Of a stretch of DNA of 64,000 nucleotides, positions 54,230 to 64,000 are shown one piece after another. The stretch comes from Rhina ancylostomus (taxonomy: Eukaryota): positions 13,707,288 to 13,771,287 of the forward strand of contig JARFYF010000054.1 of NCBI GenBank assembly GCA_030265395.1, in the 5' to 3' direction. Position numbers and translations under genes: made by a program. Under the pieces are notes generated by a model, which was not told the DNA's origin, did no database searches, and worked only from the letters and a program-made list of their open reading frames with translations. Position 1 is the first letter of the stretch, and each line of letters starts with the position of its first letter.

Positions 54230-55099
54230 CTGCACATAAAGGAAAGAAAATATATAGCAATTTAGAAACTTCAAGCGCTTCTTTTAAAAGGGACTGTCCA
54301 AACTGAAACCAAGCACTTTGGTATTTCACTGATGAGGTTCAAAAGATGGTTTGCCTAAGCTTGCAATAAGCTAACTTATAATTAACAGAGCAAATAGTTG
54401 CAACTTATTTTAAGCCTTTAGAAGTATATCATTCCTGCTTAAGAAAATTAAAACTTACAACTCTTTTGGTCTGTGAACATAGGCCTGCTTTTCAATCATT
54501 TTAATTACTGTCTTTAACTTCACCACAGAAGTCCTTGAGATGATGTTTTCTAGTTTGTAGTTCAAGGACAACTGAAAATATTATATGATGTTTTCCCAAG
54601 GCCAGTTTATTGGCTTCAACAGCTTGAAACAGACATTACTGATCTGCTGATGGCAAAGAAAAACCTGTAGACTCCTGGAGTAGAAGTACACTTACCCACT
54701 GTGAGAACTATGTTTGTGTTATTTTTACTTCTTTCCTACTTCCAAGGATTTGTGCTTTCTTCCAGCTGGTTTATCAAAGGGAATGCATTTTATCTGTATT
54801 TCCACAGCAGGCATTGTGGCAGGGCACAGGGAGGTTATTGACCTGCTGTCCATTAACAGCTTTATACCGTTTCAGATTTCCAGCTTGTGTTACATTTTGC
54901 TTTTAGCTGCTGTGGGCATAATGCACAACAGGCCTTACAAATATTCACGCAGAGCCCGAATCTGGTAGGACTTTGCCTGCCAAACAGTCTGTACCTCCTA
55001 AAAGGGATGCCTGTCCCATTTCCAATTCTGCTGCCATTGCCTGTGTTCCCATGATGCTGCATTGCCTCTTTCTCTCCTCTCTACTGCAAATGCATCCTT

Positions 55100-55395
55100 T
55101 CTTAGGTATATAGGTTAACACTATACACAATACTCTAGATGTGGTCTCACCATGGCCATATACAATAGCAATGAAGTATTTCTGTATTCAAATCCTTTCA
55201 TAGTAAAAGTTAATATACCCATTTGCTTTCCTAATCACTTGTGCAATTGCATGTTAGCCTCAGGTGAACTGTGTACAAGCAAAACTAGATCTCCTTTAAC
55301 ATCAACACTACACAATCTCTCACCCTTTCCAAATAATCTCGTGTGCCCAAAAGTGAGTGTCCCCACATTTTTCCACATGGTGTTCTATCTACTTT
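55100..55395 (-). mobile_element. CR1-like fragment
   Basis: tatacacaatactctagatgtggtctcac..ccccacattttttccaca. Confidence 0.65.
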
Positions 55396-55584
55396 GTTCT
55401 TCTTCCCGTTATTCAAAAAGCATAGAATTAATTGGGATCTGAACATTATCTATTCGCTTCTAGTTATAGCTACAAAATAGAGAGAATTATAGAATGAGAT
55501 TTACAAGAAAATACAATGACCCCACCATCTCATGTTATAGAAATAGATTTATTCAGTCACTGTAAATCAGTGAATGCTTCCCTT

Positions 55585-55830
55585 ATACGATGAGATGGAC
55601 TCTTGACCTCAATCTACCTTGTTATGGCTTTGCACCTTATTGTCTACCTGTAATGCACTTCCCTGTAGCTGTGACACTTTACTCTGTTATTGTTTTTACC
55701 TGTACTACCTCAATGCATTCTGTACTAACTCAATGTATCTGCACTGTGTAATGAATGGACCTGTGTGAACTGTATGCAAGACAAGATTTTCACCGTACCT
55801 CAGCACAAGTGACAATAATAAACCAATACC
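55585..55830 (+). mobile_element. LINE 3'UTR tail (Rex1/Babar-like, tentative)
   Basis: Ends in gtgacaataataaaccaatacc; family assignment is from memory. Confidence 0.45.
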
Positions 55831-56381
55831 AGTGATCTTAAATTAAGATTCTTATTAGGGTCAAAAGACAATTATATGTGGCCCATTTAGATGTTTTAAT
55901 ACATGGATTTCAAAATGCTGGACACCTTAATAGAAAAGTGGTTTTGGTGCACTTAAATTTTATAAAATGAAACTTTTGGTTTGAATAGATTTACAAAAAA
56001 ATGCTACCATTGAGGGCAGGGCATGCACATGTTATTTTCCTTTACATCTTTAGTAACCATCTCAATAGGGAATGTGTCAAAAATGCAGCAGCATGAAAAA
56101 AGGCAAAAAAGTCCCATGGAGAGCCACAGACATTCATAACTCAGACGGCAAGCCTTCAGCTGATACACTGCACTGAGTCTAGGATTAAACCTGCTCTGAG
56201 CACTTGAAATTACCTCGGTTTTCTATATCTACCTCTGATTCAAAGATCTAAATCATTATTTTTTTATATATAAGAAAAGGCAATGATTACCATCTAGCAA
56301 TGGAGAATATTCTATTTAACTCACTCAGCCTATGGTCTATGTACCTAAAATCAAGAGATCACACAAGTTTATTACCATCAC

Positions 56382-56587
56382 AAAGCAAAAAACTGCAGGT
56401 GATGGAAAAAGTCAGCAGATCAGGCAGCATCTGTGGAGAGAAACAGAATTAACATTGCAAGCTGATGATCAGTTCTGATGAAAAGTCATCATCCTGAAAT
56501 ATCAACTCTCCCTACCCTGCTGCCTAGCCTGTTGAGTATTGCCAGAATTTTCTCTCAGATTTCTAGAATCCGCAGTTTTTGCCTTTT
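56382..56587. mobile_element. Penelope-terminus fold-back element containing a minimal hammerhead-like motif
   Basis: Arms aaagcaaaaaactgcag / cgcagtttttgccttt; AGTT-CTGATGA..GAAA-TA-TC-AACT at 56471-56507. Confidence 0.65.
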
Positions 56588-57639
56588 GTTTACAATCATA
56601 GCTTGACATAATCAAATGCTATTTAAAAATCTTTACCGTAAAATTATTGGCCATCTAAGCTCTGAAATAAGATGCCTACAGCAAACAAAAGCAATCACCA
56701 GAAAAAGTACTGACTTTACTCAATGGACCATCCAGTGCGACAATGAAATTGTATTATGCAATCTTCTCTGGTGGCGGTAAGAATTCCTGTGTATCTTACG
56801 GCTTGGCTCTAGGGATCCTGATCACTCCCTGCTGTAGCTCATTAGGAAAGGGGTATGTGCAAATGCTGACAGGATAAGATTAAGCTACAATACTCTTCAC
56901 CCTCTCACTTGCCACAATGACACCCCACTCAATATAAATTCTCATTGGAACAGTGGCTAGTTTGGCACGATACCAAAGGTTACCGGTAAAAGTCGTGAGA
57001 AAAGAAACATACTTAAAATGACAAATGCAGCAATTTTACACATGCCATAATTTCAGCAGATCTTACTGCACGTACAGATAAAAAGTACATCTGGAGTATT
57101 TCAAAATACATTCCCTTTGAACAAAGTGTAGAAACTCTAGAATCATGGAAGGTGGTTTCTAAGCTAGTCCATGACCAACTGAATGGTGAAGATTCTGCAG
57201 TGAAAATAGTTAGATTGAAATTAATACAGAATAGTTCAATGCAGTTACAACCAAAATGGAAAACTATACAATTAGGAAACACTCAAATGCAACACACAAA
57301 AAGATTCAAGAGTAACTGAGTTTCAGCATCTATTAAATTTCATAAGCCAGCAAGGAAGCTTAAAGCCAAGCTACATGTTAATATATTAAAGTACTGGAAA
57401 TGCAATAGCTGCAGCTAAAAAGTATCTAGTTAAATGTTAATCAGTTGTTTCAGATCCCAACTAATAGATTTGTGCAGATATGGCATTTTCTGCTTATTGC
57501 TCCAATTTCAATATTTATGCTATCCATAAAGGAAATTCCAATATACATGGGTAATAATTTGTTAATATTTCCACATGTCCAGCAGTCAAGGATAAAAATA
57601 TTCATAATAATGCACAAGTATTGTTTATTCATAACTTAC

Positions 57640-57691
57640 TGCTTGAAGTTTCTTTTTGGCTGCCTTAGCCAGTTCTGACAAGTCCAAGCTA
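57640..57691 (-). CDS. GIT1: GIT1 exon SLDLSELAKAAKKKLQA (52 nt, or 49 nt through NAGNAG)
   Basis: ttcag|TAG|CTTGGAC...CAAGCA|gtaagt. Confidence 0.96.
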
Positions 57692-58264
57692 CTGAAGAGA
57701 AACATGAAAAACAACTCAGGAACTAGGTCAATAAAGCATACATCTATAACAATATTAACTTTCACTTGGAACCTGGTACAAATGCTCAAGATGAATTAGT
57801 GGCTCTATAAAACTGTTCATTACAGATATGCAGAAATTTAGATTACAAGGGTCTGAAACCAACTGGAGATAAAGCAATGTCACAAAACTTAATTTTGTTA
57901 GGTTTCCTTTGCAAAGTGTGAGACTTAAGAGATGGAGTTATGGTTACCCCTTGGTTCTGAAACTGGAATACTGAGAAATGGTGCAACTCGACAGCCATTT
58001 TATTCAATGACAACCTACAACCTGATATCATGAGAACAGCAGTCACCGTCAGTAGAATCCTGCTAATAACATACTGCTTTGCTGACCAGTTCAATCTGTT
58101 ACCTATACATTTACAATAAATTAGTTTTAAAAGTACCATGCATTGTCTGTGCACTTAGTTAAGGTGAACAAGATTTTAGCTTAAATACTGCCCCAAGGTA
58201 AACAGGACATACATCTTGAAAGTATTTCTTTTCACATATATCCATATAATAATCCATCAGATCA

Positions 58265-58540
58265 GGTGTTTATAATTTTGTGTACAGTTTGCACATTATC
58301 TGCGACCATGTGGGTTTCATTCCACTTCCCAAAGATGTGCGTGTCAATCAGTTAATTGGCCACCGCAAAATGCCGTGTGTGTGTATGTGTTGTGGGGAGA
58401 GGAGAGGGGAGTTGACGAGAACATGGAGAGAATAAAAAATTGAGATTAATTTAGGAAAAAAGTGTAAAGGGGCGACTGATGGTCACCACGGACTTGGTGG
58501 GCTGAAGGGTCTATTTCTGTGCTGTGTGATTCTATGACAC
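58265..58540 (+). mobile_element. V-SINE (HE1-like)
   Basis: tttgcacattatctgcgaccatgtgggtttc..cccaaagatgtgc..gggctgaagggtctatttctgtgctgt. Confidence 0.75.
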
Positions 58541-61500
58541 ATTAATTTGTTGATCCAGAGAGTTCCTTGTGTTAACTATGAATTGTGTAAGGACACACAA
58601 CAAACACATCCCCAAATTATGCATGCTCAATTTCCCAGAAAAGGGATAAAGGAAAGAGAAGATTTTGCATGTCAACTAACTTTTTCAATTGACCAATGTA
58701 GAATAACTCGAGGAAATACGAATAATGATCATTTCAAAAATGAATAAAATGCAATCTGGAAAGTAATCATTTAAAATTAAATACATAGAGAGAAACTATT
58801 AAGCCATTACTTAATTACTGAACTGGTCTGAGTCAAGAATCTATTGAAGTGTCTGTATGGTATCCTTTACACTAGTATAAAATTATAGGGAAGAGGTCGC
58901 TTGAAATATGGGCTCCATGCACATAAGTGCAATGAAAAATCTAAAGAACAATGTATGAAATTAGCATATTTATCCAAATTATACTTCATTTTGTTCTGAA
59001 TTTTGCTTACTTGAATACAAATATCCTTTCTTTTTGAGCAGAGCAAGCAGCATATGTTGTATGTTCCTGAAATCACAAAACTGATGGAAGATCAACAACT
59101 GAGGGAAGATATGGCATTTGGAGATAGCAAGTGAAGGATTATGGAACAGTTCAAACATATTTTGGAGCAAGTCAAAAAGGTGTCATCTAATCTGAAGAAC
59201 TGCTTTAATATTGTTCTTCAACAGTATTGCAATTTTAACATTCAGGATTCTTGCATGCATTTTTGTGGGCTTCACGATAAATTTAGTGAGGTTAAATTAA
59301 GTGCAGTTACATAAATTACTTTTTCCTGTAGTGGCTGATGTATTTAGCAGTATTTATAATACACGTGGATTGCTTGCATAACATTTAAACAAGATTTAAC
59401 ATACAATTTTTTTAAAGTTTGAATGATACTGAAATTTCTCTAGTGATTACTTGAAAGTAGTTCTGATCACAAATAAAAGAACCTTAAGAAATCAACTTCT
59501 CTAGGAAGATCTGCCTTTGAGTTGCCTACTGTCTACTTCAGGGAAATGGTGAATAACTCTAGCTGTAGAGTATTACTTCTGTTATAGTTTTCTGATTCAG
59601 CAATGCTAGCTGGGAGGTGTACCTTCTACAACATACAAATCAGCAAATATTTACAATTCTGAGTTCCATATTGCTCTACCAGCCTCCAAAGGCCAGCCTA
59701 CATATTGGCAGTGGGAGCTGCATCTGGCCTTGGGCAAATATAGCATCAATAAACAGGTTCAGATATTCTACAAAATGACAATATAGTTTCCAAAGTTACA
59801 GCAACAACATTTTGAAGATTCTCGAATCAGGTTTATAAAGGAATTCTCTGGTTTTCAAATTTGAGATTATTCTGGGGGGGGGGNNNNNNNNNNTTTTTTC
59901 GCCCCCCCCCCCCCCCCCAACCCCAAACATTTGGCTTGGTTACAATTTATCCTAATTTTTCCTTACACAATCCATCACTAGTATCTAAAGCGTCTCTTAC
60001 AATCCTCAATCAAAACTGATTGCAATTCAATCACATTTCAACATTAGAGGCACATCTTTCCTCCACTGATCCTGCTCTTGTATAGTTCCTTCCTCACCTC
60101 TAACAATAACAACAAAAAAAAAAAATCGCACAATGAATTAACTATTCCAAATTAAGTTCTCATTACTTTGGTATAACGGGTATAATAAATGGACTGATTT
60201 TGAAGAATTTTCTGTCAAATCAAGGTATTGATTTACAATGACAGCAAGTAAATAGAAAGATCCTTTTCAATTCTGAAGCTTTTGAATCTTCACTCCAAAT
60301 GAAATTGCAGATACTGTAGTACTAATACACAAGATAACAGGCATGTGGCAAAGTATTTTCAATATTATCAAATAATTAAGATTGGTTATAAGCTACATCT
60401 TTAGACCAATTACCCATAGTCAATCACCACCACAACACTAATCACACCGTTTAGGAACTGGAGTGATCTTTTAAATTGTTTCAAGAAGAACACAGGGATG
60501 GAACTTTAGTTCTTTTACACTTAACATAAATTTGGCAGTTTCATGACTTGCAGCATTCAACTATAGCAACATCTCTAATTAAGTGATAACATTTGCAGTT
60601 ATAATCTAACCACCTTATAGTCATACTACATTTATATTAATGCTTCTGACACTTCATTATTTCATGAGATGTCTTCTCCCCCTACCACCAGTAGATGAAA
60701 AGCAAATATTATTTTTCTTGGATATAAGCAATTCATTTTAATACAGTTAGCCTTCAGAGTGTGGAGAGTCTTTGGTGCCAAACCTTGAGAAAACTTAGAA
60801 CATTTGGTAATACTTTTGTCTAAAGAAACAGACTACAGCTAGAACCAATTAAGACATTAAGGATTTTAAAAAAAACAAATTCCTTTCAATTTGGGGGTTT
60901 TCTTGCAGCATGGAAGGATATTAAAAAATGAAAGTAGGAAAAATGGAAAGAAAGAATATCTGAGAATTAGAGAGGAATAAAATGTTCAGTGCAGAAGAAT
61001 ACAGCATCCAGGGGGTCAGATACTGGCACGACCGACCTTTTGCTCTGTACCAAACTTCCCATTAAGTCAAAAGGGTGCTCCACAGGTTACCAAGCTGAGG
61101 TAATGGATATACTTTGTATCTGGCCCCTCATCTTTACACTAGCCAGAGCTACTGCATCAAGTACAAACCCATTAAGATGTTTACCTGTTTTTTTTTAGAT
61201 TTTTCATTACTTCAATGTATATTTATTAACAATTTGGTTTTTAAATTAAAAAATCAAATTAAAATCACTAACTATTTTAAATGTGTCAGATGTTTTGGGG
61301 ACAGCAGCCTTAGGCTTCAATATGTCAGATGTGTTTGGGGACAGGAGCCTTAGGCCTCAATGACAAGAGCCCACTCTAACCAAGGAATACCCATGGAACT
61401 GAGGCCAATGCCTCAAGATTGTGGTGGGCCTTATGACAGCAAAATTTTGATGTAGCAGGGGGCCAGGGTGGGAGTTTCACAGAATCTAGCCCATTGGTGT

Positions 61501-61836
61501 AATATTATCGCATATTGCAGTCATGATAATCTTTAAATATGACAATATGCAGAAGATTTTATAAAACAAATGGCCACATGGTCAGGCAAAATCTGAAGTA
61601 CCCTGGCAAAGTTAGACCATGACAAATTCTATGCAGGTACTTCATTTAGTTAATCAATTTAAAACATCAATTCAAGCACAAGTATTTTAAGTACCTAGTT
61701 ACTGAGGTTAGGGTGGATGTTGTAGTTTGGCAAGAAATAAATCACAGGCAAGTAATACAGAGAAGCAATGTTCTAAGTTTAGGTAATATTGGCATGCTTT
61801 GTAAACAAACGGAAGATCTAAATGAATGAAAAATAC

Positions 61837-61863
61837 CTCTGGGTCATGCATTTTTGCCGTGTT
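61837..61863 (-). CDS. GIT1: GIT1 27-nt alternative microexon (R)TRQKCMTQ(S)
   Basis: aaatag|AACACGGCAAAAATGCATGACCCAGAG|gtattt, phase 2-2; matches the human 9-aa insert RSRQKCMSQ. Confidence 0.93.
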
Positions 61864-62437
61864 CTATTTTCCAAGGAATGCAAAGGAGGAAAAACAGGAA
61901 AATCTGTTAGAATAAGCAACCTGTGAGAACCTAAGAATATTTGTGGGTTATTTGTTACTTTCAGGTCTAAACACATATTCATTCTTTGAGACATGGATAG
62001 ATTAGGGTAAAAAAAAAACCCTCTTCATTCAGTGCTATTCTATTGTTGCATTACTGTTGAAAATAATAAAAAGGTGACACATGGGCAATTTCTTCAACAA
62101 AATACTGGTGTGATTAGTTGCATTACCATTTGTGTTTAAAAAAAATAATGTAATTACAACCAAAGCTCATCATCCATTTCATTTGCACCATAGAGCAACA
62201 AAGTACACTGCAAATTTACTCTATTTTATTCACCCAAACTTTAGTTCATGTGCAATGCAAACATATTTAGTTTGGTAGTGCATTGCCAAAGTGAGACCAT
62301 TAGAATTTTCAAAGCCATTTATACGAATAGAGCTTTAAAAAGTCAGAAAAAGTTAGGATGCTCAGGAAACTGTGGTATCATTAGAAACAATTGAAGTGTG
62401 GCAGGATAATAAATACACCGGACCTTTTTCTCCCTCC

Positions 62438-63500
62438 AATCTTTGTGGGAAGAATATGTTGGAATGCTCATTCTGGGGATTTAAAAAATCCTGTTGTTAA
62501 AACATAACCAAATTATCAGTATGATCACAAGGAATTAATCTAAATTCATGGCCTATCTCCTTGCCCCACCCCACCAGCCCTTCCCCTCCCCAAAAAGGGT
62601 TCAACTAGTTTTAGTTCAAAGAAATTAACTGTGTAAACTGGTCTCTATAAGAAAAAGGTAGCATACATTTAGGAAGCTTTTTTCCAGAGAATAACCTTTT
62701 TCCCTATAACTTGCAAATGTTTTAAACTACACTTGCATTTAGGGATAGTAAATTATTTTGCACAGTGTATTAGTAAGTGTGAAATAAAAGCAAAATAATG
62801 GAAACAGTGAAAGTGAGCTGATTTCAGCTGAGCAAGGAAAATAGGGCATATGGAATTCAAGTAACAGAATAAGCAACTGGATATCTCCTTAACCAATCAG
62901 GAAGATTGAAATATATTTGAAAGATATAACTGTGTGTAAATTCAGAGAAGCTAAATTCAATGTCAAATTAGGTTCAGAACAAGAACAAGGGAAATAAAGA
63001 CTAAATTCAGGAAACAAATGCTAAAATGTTTTTAACATTAAATTTAACACTTTTAATGTCTCCTTACCTATGAGCACCAACTAGGTTGATTATCAGTAAT
63101 TAACAAAAAGCATATCTGGTTTTGAAATTTTAAGATTTAACTTTGTTTAGCTTATGTCCCATATAAATACAGAAACTTCACAGCACTCACAAAGCATTTT
63201 ACCAGTGAGGTGTTTTTGAGAAGCTATTGGCAAATAGATAGCAATTTTAGATATTCATTTTTAATTGCACATCAAGTCACTACACCATTTGTGCATAAAT
63301 AATAATGCACATAAATAACGATGCACCATTAACCTCACTATTATTTTGAGAGAAAAATCTGGCCCATTATTGCACACAGTCATTAAACAATGAAATGCTT
63401 CACATCAACATATGTAATTGCATTAAGGAAAAATTATGCTTCTGGCTTTTTTAAATCCCCCCAGAATGAGCATTCCAAACATATTCTTCCCACAAAGATT
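62438..63500. repeat. Near-perfect inverted repeat pair (62438-62488 and 63447-63500)
   Basis: aatctttgtgggaagaatatgttggaatgctcattctggggatttaaaaaa against its reverse complement; the arms differ only in T-run and G-run length. Confidence 0.93.
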
Positions 63501-64000
63501 GCCTTATTGAAAATTCTGAGAAATTGAAAAAAGCTTTTGTTTGCATACATTCTCAACCACTTACAGCCGTAGGAACATTTTTCAGCTACCGCAAAAGATT
63601 ATTCAGATCACATATCAGACACAAAGTAATTAAAATATACAGTAATACTTGCTAAAATCTTCAACAAAACTTTGATCCAAGTATGTATTTTCAGAGACCA
63701 AAAGCAACCTTTAATCAGGTGTTCAGTTTTAGTCATCTAAAAGTCACCGAGTGAGACAGCAATTTAATGCTGATGCTCAGAATTCCATCTATTTAGAAGA
63801 AAAAATGACCATTGGAATAAAAGATTAAAAATATGACATTTAATGCAAGGTTGAATCTTTGTACAATTATGGTAAAGCTCCATAATCTGCTTTCCATTAT
63901 TCAGAAATCCTGATGGTTCTACATCTGGCTCATTGGGTTTATAAACCCAGTGACCCTGTGTTTATACTCACCTGGGCTCTGTTTCCTGCACTCCCATTAA

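Larger units (their letters stand above)
13785..61863 (-). other. GIT1: GIT1 gene, partial (5' exons for the ArfGAP and ankyrin domains lie beyond the right edge of the window)
   Basis: 13 phase-compatible exons; the C-terminus ..QLVTITTREKKQ matches GIT1 rather than GIT2 (..TTKENNN). Confidence 0.97.

Noticed and set aside
59874-59918. Poly-G / gap / poly-C apparent hairpin
   Set aside because: Homopolymers next to a gap give unreliable sequence
1-64000. Prokaryotic features (operons, CRISPR arrays, IS elements), rRNA or intact tRNA genes
   Set aside because: The sequence is a spliced vertebrate locus; tRNA-like boxes occur only as degenerate SINE heads

Overview
Eukaryotic, AT-rich, gapped scaffold from a cartilaginous fish (shark or ray), inferred from HE1-type V-SINEs, CR1/HER1-like LINE and Penelope remnants. 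Most of the window (about 9.1-62 kb, minus strand) is the 3' two-thirds of GIT1 (ARF GAP GIT1). I traced 13 coding exons with GT-AG ends and matching phases, covering the Spa2-homology domains, coiled coil and C-terminal paxillin-binding domain, plus a roughly 4.7 kb 3'UTR; one exon is partly hidden in an N gap. The last exon of a convergent plus-strand gene, probably TP53I13, lies at 1614-1726. Nearly all ORFs in the six-frame track are spurious or transposon debris. The best observations are: a 27-nt GIT1 microexon with SRRM3/4-type intron architecture; a near-perfect ~51-bp inverted repeat upstream of it; a NAGNAG acceptor; an RBFOX-motif cluster and a possible 54-nt alternative acceptor around an 84-nt exon; minimal hammerhead-ribozyme relics in Penelope-derived fold-back elements; and a duplicated hairpin with a poly(A) signal in its loop. 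No wholly new system can be claimed from sequence alone. Comparisons with human proteins are from memory, and repeat boundaries are approximate.
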